Positions 19,710-30,877 of a stretch of 49,739 nt of DNA are shown here, piece by piece; the first letter of the stretch is position 1, and every line of letters starts with the position of its first letter. Made by a program: the position numbers and the translations under genes. This DNA comes from Malassezia furfur (taxonomy: Eukaryota). The stretch lies in assembly GCA_052055015.1 (NCBI GenBank), contig JBQJIT010000031.1; one strand, 5' to 3'. A model generated the notes under the pieces. That model was not told the origin of the DNA and did not search any database. It saw only the letters and a list, made by a program, of their open reading frames with translations.

Positions 19710-21373
19710 AGCTCTGTGTGAGCCGCATACGTACGTGACAAGGCGCGCGTGCGCCGCGTCGTCACCTCTGATACCCGAATGGCCGTGCGCAGCTGCACGA
19801 CGGCTTGCACCAGCGACTCGGCATCCACCCACTTGGCGGCCGCATCATGCAGTACATGGTACACGGCCGAGGCCGACGACGCGGCGAGCAGCGCCGGTGC
19901 GGTGTGCGCAAGGATCGCATACGCAACGCGGAACAGGACAATGTGGCCGTCGACGAGCATCATGTCCCATACCCGGAACAGCGTCTCGATGGGAAGACAC
20001 GAGGTGAACAGCGATAAGAACCACGCATACGTCACCGCAGGCAGCTCAACACGGAGCGCGGTAAAGTGTGCATGCACCTTGGGCATTCCTGCGCGCACGA
20101 GGCCGAGCAGCACGCGCTGGTCTGCCTGCGGCACGCGCATGCCTGATGCGTAGAAGCCGTCGGGCAAAATGTGCTGGATGATCCCGCTCATGGTCCAGAA
20201 CGCGTCTTCCTCGTGGGTATAAGTGAGCAGCAGGATGGCTGCGAGATTGTTCATGCCTTGGCAGTAGCCTTGTGTTGGGTTCCAGGCGCACTGCGCCTCA
20301 AGAAGGCGCTGGAGCTTCTCGACGCCGGGGCCCTTGCCGCCAAAGAAGGAGTTGGTCGGCATCGTCCGGCGCGCATCAAGCGCAATTTGGCGGTCATCAT
20401 GCGAAGCGCCGGCGACCAGGTCTTGGTACAGTCCCGGCTCGGCCAGCTCCGCGGCCCGCACACACTGGGCCCACACCATGGGCCGGTAGCACATGGGAAT
20501 GCCCTGTTGGCACAGCCGCTGGAAGGCGCGCCAGGTCGCTTGGCCTGAGGACGTCGAGTGGTCGAGCTGTCGCAGCGTGTGGAACAAATCCTGCCACGGC
20601 GTTTCGTGGTGGGTATACTCGGCGGCAAGGTAGGCGTCCCACTGTGCCTTGCGCTCTGCCTGGTAGGCGTCGTACACCTCCGACGGGACAGACGGAGACG
20701 ACTCATGTGTATATAGAAAGCCGTACCGATCGATTTGGATACCCTCATCTTGCAAGGGTGGGAGGAACGGCGGTGGCCGCGACTCGACCGGCACCATGTG
20801 CGCGAGCTCGACGACGGGCGCCATCGGCAGGGCCGTCTCAGATGAGACAGGCGACGAGGCGCGCGACACAGGCTGGGTGCTGGGCGTTGCTGTGCGCTGC
20901 GGGGACGCGCACACCGGCGGCTCGCCAGCCAGTGCGATGCTTTGAAGCCATGTGAATGCGTCGGTATGGGCCTCGGCGTGCGCCTTGGTGGGTGCGAGGC
21001 TGGGGCTGGTGGTCGGTGCCCCCATAAGGTCGTCCATCATGGCTTCGCGGAGCGAGCTCGAGAGGCTTGGCGCCGTCGGAGACGCCAACGCCGTATCCTC
21101 CATCCCATCCGGCTGTATGAGTCTCCTTACAAGCTGCGCAAGCACCTCAATGAGTTCGGCGCGCGGCGTGCGGTCCTGCAGGATTTGGCGCGCGCCATCG
21201 GTGAGCAGCGGCGCGAGAATGCGCATGGCCTCGTCGCCATGCCGACTTAACGGCATCTGCGCGGATACATGTGGATTGGGAGCATCAGTTGGACACCGAA
21301 TGCGCTCCTCGGCAGTCTCTGTGGCACCCTCGAGCGGGTGCGAGGCCACCAAGGACCTCGCCGCGCTCCGCAT
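19706..21373 (-). CDS. TBC-domain Rab GTPase-activating protein
   Basis: IDRYGF, QGIPMCYRPMVW, QIALDARRT (Arg finger), GYCQGMNNLA (Gln finger), WFLSLF and FRVWD. Confidence 0.9.
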   Translation of the reverse strand: MRSAARSLVASHPLEGATETAEERIRCPTDAPNPHVSAQMPLSRHGDEAMRILAPLLTDGARQILQDRTPRAELIEVLAQLVRRLIQPDGMEDTALASPTAPSLSSSLREAMMDDLMGAPTTSPSLAPTKAHAEAHTDAFTWLQSIALAGEPPVCASPQRTATPSTQPVSRASSPVSSETALPMAPVVELAHMVPVESRPPPFLPPLQDEGIQIDRYGFLYTHESSPSVPSEVYDAYQAERKAQWDAYLAAEYTHHETPWQDLFHTLRQLDHSTSSGQATWRAFQRLCQQGIPMCYRPMVWAQCVRAAELAEPGLYQDLVAGASHDDRQIALDARRTMPTNSFFGGKGPGVEKLQRLLEAQCAWNPTQGYCQGMNNLAAILLLTYTHEEDAFWTMSGIIQHILPDGFYASGMRVPQADQRVLLGLVRAGMPKVHAHFTALRVELPAVTYAWFLSLFTSCLPIETLFRVWDMMLVDGHIVLFRVAYAILAHTAPALLAASSASAVYHVLHDAAAKWVDAESLVQAVVQLRTAIRVSEVTTRRTRALSRTYAAHTEL

Positions 21374-21419
21374 CGTTGGCCTGCGCGTACCTCCACACGG
21401 CGCTCTTTACCGACCAACG

Positions 21420-23972
21420 ATGGCCGGCCAGGGAAGCAGCACGGCGGCGATGGAGGAGGACAAGCTGCGCATCGAGATGCTCGGTGCCGGGCAGGAAGTT
21501 GGGCGCAGCTGCTGCTTCATCTCATTCAAAGGCTTCAATATCGTGTGTGACGCGGGCGGTAGGTGCCGTGGCTGACGCAGTGCATCCGGCGTATACAGGG
21601 CTGTCCGCGCTGCCCTTCCTCGACCAGGTGGACTGGAGCACGGTGGACGCGCTGCTCATTACACACTTTCATCTAGACCATGCGGCGGCGCTCACATACA
21701 TCATGGAAAAGACCAACTTCCGCGATGGGAAGGGCAAAGTGTACATGACGCACCCGACCAAGGCGATCTACCGCTTCCTCATGTCTGACTTTGTGCGCAT
21801 CTCGAACGCAGGCAGTGACCGCATGCTGTTTGATGAGTCAGAGATGCTCGCTTCATGGCGCCAGATCGAGGCGGTCGACTACCACCAGGAGGTCGTGGTG
21901 AGTGGTGGTCTGCGCTTCACGCCCTACCATGCGGGCCATGTGCTGGGCGCGTGTATGTTTCTGATCGACATTGCTGGGCTACGTGTGCTGTATACGGGTG
22001 ACTACAGCCGCGAAGAGGACCGACACCTGGTCCAGGCCGAGGTGCCGCCCGTGCGGCCCGACGTACTGATCTGTGAGAGTACGTACGGCACCCAGAGTCT
22101 CGAGCCGCGCCTCGAGAAGGAAATGCGCTTCACGGCGCTGATCCACTCGATCATCAAGCGCGGCGGGCGAGTACTGCTGCCCGTGTTTGTGCTGGGTCGC
22201 GCACAGGAGCTGCTGTTGCTGCTCGACGAGTACTGGTCGGCGCATCCAGAGCTGCACACCGTACCGATCTACTATGCGTCGTCGCTCGCGCGCAAGTGCA
22301 TGTCGATCTACCAGACGTACATCCACACCATGAACCAGCACATCCGCACGCGTTTCAATCGGCGCGACAACCCGTTCGTCTTCAAACACGTGAGCAACCT
22401 ACGCAGCCTCGACAAGTTTGAGGACAAGGGGCCGTGTGTGATGATGGCGAGTCCTGGCTTTATGCAGAGTGGGATCAGCCGCGAGCTGCTTGAGCGCTGG
22501 GCGCCAGACAAGCGCAATGGCGTGATCGTCAGCGGCTACTCGGTTGAGGGCACCATGGCGCGCGACATTCTGAGCGATCCTGACGAGATCGTCGCGATGA
22601 ACGGACAGCGCATTCCGCGGCGGCTGTCGGTTGACTACATTTCGTTCTCCGCGCATGTCGACTATACGCAAAACTCGCACTTTATCGACGAGGTGCGTGC
22701 GAAGCACGTCGTGCTCGTGCACGGCGAGTTGAAAAACATGAGCGGCCTGCGCGCCGCGCTCCAGAGCCGCTATAACGGACGTGCCGAAGAGGTGCATCTA
22801 TACATGCCGCGCAACTGTGACCCGCTCTTTATCCCCTTCCGCCCGGACCGCACCGCCAAGGTGATTGGCGCGCTCGCCGAGAAGCCGGCGGCGGAGGGCA
22901 AGGCGATCAATGGGTTGCTCGTCGCCAAAGACTTTTCGTACACGGTGCTTGCCCCCGAGGACCTCGCCGAGTTTACTGGCCTCGGGACGAGCGTGATTGT
23001 GCAGCGCCAGCGTGTCGCGCTCAATGTCGGCTGGGAGGTGGTCCGCTGGCACCTCGAGGGGATGTACGGCACCGTGCAAGAGGGCGTCGATGTCCAAGGT
23101 GTGAAGACGCTGCGTGTGATGAATGTGGTCGATATCAAGCAGCCACGGACGCATGAGCTCGTGCTTGAGTGGGTCTCGAGCGTGTCGAACGACATGGTCG
23201 CTGACTCGGCCGTCGCGCTTCTGCTCGGCATCGACAGCTGCCCGGCAACGGTCAAGATGACGATGCACGACCATGCGTGTACCCACGGCGCGCCCAAGCC
23301 CGACGAGAAGCGTGAGCAGCACTTTGCGTTTGTCGAGTCGCTCTCGGCCCTGCTTGAGGCACACTTTGGACAGGTCGAAATGATCGAGGTCGGCGGCATG
23401 GCCGACGCCGAGTCTGAGGCGCGGCCGCTCTTGTCCAATGCACCGGCAAACGCGGACGCCGGTGCACGCGCGTCGCCTGCGTCGCCCGCCACGGGTGAAC
23501 AACATACCCCCGACGCGCCGACCGACGCGCCGACCGAAGCGCCTGCCGAGGCGTCGCTTCCTGACAATGCACAGACCACCGACGGCAGCGCAGCGCCGGC
23601 ATCGCCGCCGCACTCGCCCTCTGCATCGCCACCGCACTCGCCGGCGCCCGCAGTGTCGCCACTCGAGGCACTGTGCAACCGGATCTATGGTCCATTGCGT
23701 GCCGCCATCAAGGTGGAGTTGGACGGCGAGCCGGTCGTGATCGAACTGGAGCATTTGGTACGTGTTTGTGACTCACACAGTCGGTCTACTGTCACGCTGA
23801 CGCCCTGCGGCACCGCGTTGAGCGGCTTGTGTCGATGATGCGCACGACCAGCCAGTCTTTATCGGACTCCTTCCACCTGATCCCCCCGAGCTCCACCATG
23901 CTCTTCCAAGGCAAGCACAGCGAGGTGGAGCTCGACGAAAAGATCCGTACAATCGATTCCGACTCGTCGTAG
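21420..23972 (+). CDS. YSH1: Pre-mRNA 3'-processing endonuclease CPSF73/YSH1, ~835 aa; introns 21559-21580 (22 nt), 23758-23780 (23 nt)
   Basis: LGAGQEVGRSC, DAG|VHPAY, THFHLDH, AGHVLGA, TGDYSREEDRHL, beta-CASP region, SFSAHVD and LVHGE. Confidence 0.96.
23505..23660 (+). repeat. Short Pro/Ala-rich coding tandem repeats in YSH1 (PDAPTDAPTEAP; SPPHSP x2)
   Basis: gacgcgccgacc repeated; gcatcgccRccgcactcgcc present twice. Confidence 0.6.
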
Positions 23973-23974
23973 CA

Positions 23975-26833
23975 CTACAGGAAACGAATGGTGCGCCGCT
24001 CACGGTCGCCCGCAAGCTGAATTACGCCCTCGGCCTCGAGCACCTGGAGCGCATTGTGCAGCTCGGCGGTGTCGATCGGTGTGGAGCTCTGCTCGCGCAG
24101 CGCACGCACAGCATCAGCAAGGCGTACGGGGCGCGTGCCGCCGCCCGCAAGATTCGACATGACGTTGAGCAGCTCGGTGCGCAGGTCGCCTGCGAGCCTG
24201 CGCTGGTGCAGCGAGCGGCCCGTCGTGATCAGGTCGAGATCGATCAGCCCGGTGGTGGGGTCGGTCGCACTCGACTTGGCCGCCTCGCGGATCAACCGGT
24301 TGGCCTCCTCGACGTCATCCACAGTGACGAGCGTCGCAAGTCGCATGCGTGCATGCGCCTCGCTGAGGCGGATCATGCTCTCGAGCTGGCGTGTCGTCGC
24401 TGTGATGCGGCGCTCCGCACTGCGTGGGTCTTCACCGGCCTTGCGCAGCTCGACGTAGCGCAGCGCGAGGCGGTCGGCGGCCTCGCCGGTGAGCACCGGC
24501 GAGATGTTGGCCCGTGCGTACGAGATGTACGCAGTGAGCAGCTCGACAGGGAGCACATCGGTCGCGGCCGAGTTTGGCGCGTCCTCGAGGTACAGGCCGA
24601 CGAGGTGACGCGCGAGGCGGCGGTCGTTGACCTCGTCGACGTGGTCCAGCACGAGGTAGACGAGGTCGAAGCGACTGATCAATGTCGGCGGCAGATCGAT
24701 GTTCTTGGAGATGGGCAGCTTGGGGTTGTACTTCGACCCAATCGGGTTGGCGGCCGCCAGCACCGACGTGCGCGCATTGAGTGTGGTGATGATGCCCGCC
24801 TTGGCGATTGAGACCGTCTGCTGCTCCATCACTTCGTGCAATACACTGCGCGTGCCGTCCGACATCTTGTCAAACTCGTCGATGCAGCACACACCGCCAT
24901 CCGACAGCACCAGCGCGCCGCTCTCCAATACGAGCTGCTTCGTCTCGGGATCGCGCGTGACATACGCTGTCAGACCCACCGCGGACGATCCCTTGCCGGA
25001 GACGTACATACCACGTGGCGCGATTTTGTGCACGTACTGCAGCATCTGGCTCTTGGACGTGCCGGGGTCGCCGACGATCAGCACGTTGATATCGCCACGA
25101 TACCGCGGCCCGCCCATCCCACCGCCGGACGCAATCGACTTGTTTGTGCCGCCAAAGAGTTGGAGGAGCACGCCGCGCTTCATGTCCTCCATTTCGTAGA
25201 TCGACGGCGCCAGACTGCGTGCGAGCAAGTCGTAGACGTCGTCGCGGCGTGCAATCTCCTCGATCTGCTCGCGGATTTCTTGGCGCGGCAAGAGGTCGAC
25301 GCGGCCCGTCGACGGTGGCGGTAGCGACGCACTTTCGCCGGTCGCCTGTGCGTGCGCATTAAACTCTTCGCCCTCGTCGTCCCCACCAACGCCGACGGAC
25401 TGCACGTTGCTCTGGTCGCGTGTCGAAACATCCACTGCCAGACGCCGTGCATTGTTGAGACGCACATGCACCACATCCACGTACGTCTTGAACAAGCTCT
25501 TCAACGAGCGCTGCCGCGGGTTCACCCGCACGGGAATGCCGCGGAAAATGCCCGTGACCTCGATACGGTCACCTGGCTTGCAGATGTCCACAAGCTCGTC
25601 GTACACACACAGGCTCAGCGTGTGCGGCGTCTGCCCATCCGGCACCACGTCCGGCGTCTCTTGCAGGCGGATCACCTGCCGGTCTGCAAACTCGCACCGG
25701 TTGTGGATGAGTGACAGGGAGCCCAGCTGATTGCACACGTCACGCGGGCACCGCTGCGGCTCCGTGATACGTCCACGATCGATCTCAACCTTGACCGTGT
25801 GGTTGCACACCAGACAACGGAAGAAGGCGACCTTCATGTCGGGGATGATGGGCGTCACACGGATGACCAACCCACGCACCGTCGTCAGCTTGTCAATGTC
25901 TTGCGGGTTCAGCTCGCGCATATTGGTCGCGGTGCCACCGTACGGCCGTACTTTGTAGTTGAGCGTCTCCATCAACTCGATCTGATCGCGTGTCGTTTCT
26001 CCGTCGTCGTCGACGGCACGGCGCAGATCCTCCTCGGCGAGCTCAAGCATTTCGTCCTTGAGGATCTGATCCATGATGGGCACCACCTCCTGGGGGTATC
26101 TCTCGAGCTGAAGCGCAAGGCGCTTCGACGGCGGGAACGCAATCAAATCAGTGATGCGCAGGTTGAGGTTGGTCTGGTTGGTGAAGCGCATCTGGCGCAA
26201 ATAGTCCTCGTAGAGCAGCAGCTCGCCATTGGCATCTGGCGGCCATGCCTGCGACAGTCCATGGCTCCGCGCATATGCCCACCGGTACTTCAGCCGAAAT
26301 CCGCGCAAGAAGGCACGGAAGACTTGCATCGTGTCGCCGACCGACACGTTGGTGCCCCAGATCACTTTTTCATTGCCGGACCGGATTTGCTCCTCTTCCT
26401 CCTGCGACAGGCTCTGGGAGAAGGTCAGAGCATCCGAAGGAGCGCTCGGCGTGCCGCTGTCTGAATCAGGCGCACGCATTGGCACCTGGCGCCGACGGAA
26501 GACGCTGGGCGAGCTGCCAGTGACCGACGAGTGAATATCGCCACGACGGCTGCGCCGTGGCGTCGTGCCGGACGACGGCGGGAAAAAGAGCGGCTCACTA
26601 TCACCAGACAAACTCGACGCCGTCCAGTTGCGGCGCGCGCGGGGCGTCTGCTGCGGCTGGCTTGGCGACGACATAGGGAAGGCCAGCGGAGACCGGTGGG
26701 AGCCAGACGACTCCGAAGGCGGCCGCCGCGGTTGCGAATGCCGCCCTGGACTGCTGGAGGGAATTCCAAGACTCGACTCTTGTGCATCGTACGAATGCCC
26801 GTCCGAAGACGGCGCGCCGTACGGATCTGCCAT
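23975..26833 (-). CDS. MCM4: DNA replication licensing factor MCM4
   Basis: S/T/P-rich N-terminus, IWGTNVS, zinc finger, LQETPDVVPDGQTPH, Walker A GDPGTSKSQ, GVCCIDEFDKM, SRFD arginine finger and TTRQLESMIRLSEAHA. Confidence 0.97.
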   Translation of the reverse strand: MADPYGAPSSDGHSYDAQESSLGIPSSSPGRHSQPRRPPSESSGSHRSPLAFPMSSPSQPQQTPRARRNWTASSLSGDSEPLFFPPSSGTTPRRSRRGDIHSSVTGSSPSVFRRRQVPMRAPDSDSGTPSAPSDALTFSQSLSQEEEEQIRSGNEKVIWGTNVSVGDTMQVFRAFLRGFRLKYRWAYARSHGLSQAWPPDANGELLLYEDYLRQMRFTNQTNLNLRITDLIAFPPSKRLALQLERYPQEVVPIMDQILKDEMLELAEEDLRRAVDDDGETTRDQIELMETLNYKVRPYGGTATNMRELNPQDIDKLTTVRGLVIRVTPIIPDMKVAFFRCLVCNHTVKVEIDRGRITEPQRCPRDVCNQLGSLSLIHNRCEFADRQVIRLQETPDVVPDGQTPHTLSLCVYDELVDICKPGDRIEVTGIFRGIPVRVNPRQRSLKSLFKTYVDVVHVRLNNARRLAVDVSTRDQSNVQSVGVGGDDEGEEFNAHAQATGESASLPPPSTGRVDLLPRQEIREQIEEIARRDDVYDLLARSLAPSIYEMEDMKRGVLLQLFGGTNKSIASGGGMGGPRYRGDINVLIVGDPGTSKSQMLQYVHKIAPRGMYVSGKGSSAVGLTAYVTRDPETKQLVLESGALVLSDGGVCCIDEFDKMSDGTRSVLHEVMEQQTVSIAKAGIITTLNARTSVLAAANPIGSKYNPKLPISKNIDLPPTLISRFDLVYLVLDHVDEVNDRRLARHLVGLYLEDAPNSAATDVLPVELLTAYISYARANISPVLTGEAADRLALRYVELRKAGEDPRSAERRITATTRQLESMIRLSEAHARMRLATLVTVDDVEEANRLIREAAKSSATDPTTGLIDLDLITTGRSLHQRRLAGDLRTELLNVMSNLAGGGTRPVRLADAVRALREQSSTPIDTAELHNALQVLEAEGVIQLAGDRERRTIRFL

Positions 26834-26887
26834 GATCGACGCGACGAACCGCGCGGCGGCGCAAGTGCCACGTGGCTCCACTCTACC
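26834..26887. promoter_or_regulatory. 54-bp divergent MCM4/MAD2 interval with GCCACGTGGC and an MCB-like ACGCG
   Basis: GCCACGTGGC at 26867-26876 and ACGCGA at 26839-26844, between the two ATGs. Confidence 0.55.
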
Positions 26888-27607
26888 ATGGCGCAGGCGC
26901 AGGCGCAGGCGGCGCCGACGCGCACGCACCTCACGCTAAAAGGGTCCACGGCACTGGTGCACGAGTTCTTTAGCTACTCTGTACAGAGCATTCTCTACCA
27001 ACGCTCAATTTACCCCTCGGAGGATTTCCGGACGGTGAAAAAGTTTGGGCTTCAGATGCTCGCGACGACCGATGACGACCTGGCGGACTATTTGGACCGC
27101 GCTATGGCGCAACTCAAGACGTGGCTCGAGCAGGGTAAGGTGCGCCGCCTCGTGGTTGCCATTGTTGAGAAAGAGTCCCAGGAAACGGTCGAGCGATGGC
27201 AGTTTGACATCGAAGTCGTAAACGAGGGCTTGGACGCCGCACAGGCGTACGTAGCTTACCGACTCACGCAGCGATGCACCCGTCGGAAAAGACGCGCCCA
27301 AGTCGATGCAAAAAACCGATGCGCAGGTCAAGGCCGAGATTGCGGCGATCATCAAGCAGATTACCGCGTCTTGTACTTTCTTACCGATGCTCGAGGAGCC
27401 CTGTACGTCGAAACACTGACGCCAGGCGCTTTTCAAATTCTTGCCTATACCGACTCTGACGTGCAGGTGCCTGTGGAATGGACCGACTCCAATGCGCGTC
27501 TCATCGCCGAGGGCCAGGCGGAGCAGGTGAAGCTCCGTAGCTTCTCCACTCATGTCCACCGCATCGACGCGATGGTGGCCTACCGGCGTGAAGAGGACGA
27601 TGTATAG
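26888..27607 (+). CDS. MAD2: Spindle checkpoint protein MAD2 (HORMA), ~223 aa; introns 27247-27271 (25 nt), 27403-27425 (23 nt)
   Basis: TLKGSTALVHEFFSYSVQSILYQRSIYP, VERWQFDI; splicing restores EIAAIIKQITASCTFLP; VKLRSFST. Confidence 0.95.
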   Translation: MAQAQAQAAPTRTHLTLKGSTALVHEFFSYSVQSILYQRSIYPSEDFRTVKKFGLQMLATTDDDLADYLDRAMAQLKTWLEQGKVRRLVVAIVEKESQETVERWQFDIEVVNEGLDAAQAYVAYRLTQRCTRRKRRAQVDAKNRCAGQGRDCGDHQADYRVLYFLTDARGALYVETLTPGAFQILAYTDSDVQVPVEWTDSNARLIAEGQAEQVKLRSFSTHVHRIDAMVAYRREEDDV

Positions 27608-27628
27608 CCAACATATTGTACACTATCG

Positions 27629-28491
<863 letters not shown>

Positions 28492-28624
28492 GCTCACGAG
28501 CCACCTGGCGAGGTGGATTTCGCCACGTGGGGTACGGCCGAGTTGTTCCGGGCGCCTGATTTGAGCTCGGCCGTGAGTTTCTTGTTTGTCTCCAGCCGCA
28601 CGGCGCCTTTTCGACTCGATTCCC

Positions 28625-29124
28625 ATGCTCCGCCAGATGATCCGTGGTGCGACGCCGCTGTCGCAGGTGTCCCGTCTCGCTGCTCGCCAGTCGGCCCGCT
28701 CCTACTCGACTGCGCCCAACCAGGGCAACGCTATCATGGAGCGCGCACAGCAGCTCGGCTCTCAGGTGGCCAAGACCGCCGAGCGCCTTCTCGGTCGTTA
28801 CTCGGAGCCGATCATGTACAACCTGCGCGTCGCTGGCTCGCTCTTGAAGCAGGTGTACATCGCCGAAAAGCTTACTCCCCCTACGCAGCTCTCGACGTGG
28901 GCTGCGGCATACCGCCAGATGTTTGCCAATGTTACCAACCCCTCGTGGTGGACGCACACGCTTCCCGGCGGCGAATGGCGCCGCGTGGCCCTCTATGGCA
29001 CCGAGGCTGTGGGCATTTTCGCCATCGGCGAGATTGTACGTGATTTGACTGACTCCAGATTGGCAAGCGCTCGCTCGTTGGATACAAGCTGAACACCAAG
29101 GGCAAGGACGCCGGCCACCACTAA
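28625..29124 (+). CDS. ATP20: Mitochondrial ATP synthase subunit g, ~158 aa; intron 29036-29058 (23 nt)
   Basis: Presequence; KQVYIAEKLTPP; EAVGIFAIGEI|IGKRSLVGY. Confidence 0.92.
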
Positions 29125-29148
29125 ATGTGTTGTAGCACCAACCACCCA

Positions 29149-29810
29149 TTATTCCGCTTTGGTGTGCGCTGCCGGCGCGAGAATCCGCACGATGCGGCAG
29201 ACCATATCGACCATGATCCAAGCAGGGATCAGCAGAAAAGGGATGTAGTTCCTCCCGGTCAGCTCATCACGTACTGGAGGAGGAAGGCGAGATTCGCATC
29301 GGTCAGAGAAGCACGCTCGGTGCCCATGATCACGGTCGCAATGCATTGCAGCGTCGTGAAGCTCGCTGTGTCAGCCATACACCTACCGATCGCTCCATAC
29401 ACCACCAGCAGGGGATAGATGCGCCGGTCGTCTTTGTCAGAACGCCCCACTTACCGTGCCAGAGTGCATACATCCCCAACACGAACGCTGGCACCTGGAT
29501 GACGAACTCGCTGAATAGCGACATGCGGAACCAAATGTAGTTCGGTAGCCAGGCCTTGGGAATCAGGGGATCCGCACTCTTCTCCAGGTAGTCTGTGTGA
29601 GCATATGCGAACACACCCTGCAGCACGTCACGGAGTACCGCTGGGACGTAGTGAGACGGAACGAGGCCCTGTACTGCGGTGAGCCATACCACACATACTG
29701 TCGACAAGTGCACTAGCGAGCAGATGGAACGCAAAGTACACAAAGAAGACCAAGTCTACGTATCGTTTGTATAATGGCGCCGCGGCCGGCGCACGAGCAA
29801 CGGCGGTCAT
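29149..29810 (-). CDS. EXPERA-domain (TMEM97/EBP-like) membrane protein, ~189 aa; introns 29674-29698, 29432-29454, 29366-29386, 29252-29274
   Basis: DLVFFVYFAFHLLASALVD, DYLEKSADPL, WFRMSLFSEFVIQVP, LLVVYG..ASFTTLQC and YIPFLLIPAWIMVDM. Four tiny introns join four ORF fragments. Confidence 0.82.
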
Positions 29811-29855
29811 GGTCGAAAGTAGATGCCTCCACACGTAGGACTAGCGGAGGTGCAG

Positions 29856-30368
29856 CTACGTAGACTTGAGACCCTCGGCGGCTTCCGCAAGACGGTCGGT
29901 GCGCGCGGCCATCACAAAGTCGTTTTGGTGCAACTGTACGTAAGTAGAGGGACGTACGCCATCCAAGGAATGACTCCACCAGTACACCGCTACGCTGCCC
30001 CACTCGAGCAGAATTGCGGGGTGGTGGCCTTCGGCATCAGCTTCTTTGCCGACCTCGCCCGCAAACTTGGCTGCCATGGCAAAGTTCTTGAAGCGGTATA
30101 CTTTGAACAAAGAGTCTGGGAGTTCCTGCGGCTCACCAGCCACGGGCTGCGGGCGGAGGGCCCAACCGGGAGCGAGCGATGCGAGCGATTTCTGGACTTC
30201 TTCCTGACCCATCTTTTCGATGCCAAGTTCCCGGATCGCTTTTTTGCTGCACGGCACGCAGTGTCCGTCGGCTAGGTTTTGGAGAGTCATGGCTGTAGAA
30301 AAGCGACGTGGAGTGGCCAGCGAGTAACGAGACACCAACCGTACGGCCTGCAGGGATGGACGCAGCAT
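29856..30368 (-). CDS. Pterin-4-alpha-carbinolamine dehydratase (PCBD-like) with a probable mitochondrial presequence; in-frame intron 29934-29957 (24 nt)
   Basis: CVPC, YRFKNF, ADAEGHHP, WWSHSLDG|LHQNDFVMAARTD. The start is either 30368 or 30290. Confidence 0.85.
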   Translation of the reverse strand: MLRPSLQAVRLVSRYSLATPRRFSTAMTLQNLADGHCVPCSKKAIRELGIEKMGQEEVQKSLASLAPGWALRPQPVAGEPQELPDSLFKVYRFKNFAMAAKFAGEVGKEADAEGHHPAILLEWGSVAVYWWSHSLDGVRPSTYVQLHQNDFVMAARTDRLAEAAEGLKST

Positions 30369-30398
30369 GTCCGTGCGCTGACTAAGCTCGTCACCAGC

Positions 30399-30877
30399 AT
30401 GTCCTACTTCTTGACGCACCTGCCGTCCGGTACGTGGCGTGCGACTCACACAGGATGGCACGTGGATCAGGCAATTCTGTCTGAAGAGGAGCGTGTCGTA
30501 GTGATTCGTTTCGGGCATGACTGGGTGCGTGCTTCGACTGCCTAACCCAGGACGAAACGTGCATGGTGATGGACGAAACACTGTTTGGGATTGCGGAGCG
30601 CGTCAAAAACTTTGCGGTCGTCTACCTTGTGGACATAACGCAGGTTCCCGACTTCACGAAGATGTATGAGTTGTACGACCCATGCACAGTCATGTTCTTT
30701 TTCCGCAACAAACATATAATGATCGACCTGGGCACTGGTAACAACAACAAGATCAACTGGGCGATCGACAACAAGCAAGAGATGATCGACATTATTGAGA
30801 CCGTGTACCGAGGCGCTTCGAAGGGGCGCGGTCTTGTGGTCAGCCCGAAAGACTACTCCACGCGGTACCGCTACTAA
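30399..30877 (+). CDS. DIB1: U5 snRNP thioredoxin-like protein DIB1/TXNL4A, 142 aa; introns 30430-30453 (24 nt), 30525-30550 (26 nt)
   Basis: MSYFLTHLPSG|WHVDQAILSEEERVVVIRFGHDW|D...RNKHIMIDLGTGNNNKINWA...KGRGLVVSPKDYSTRYRY. Confidence 0.97.
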
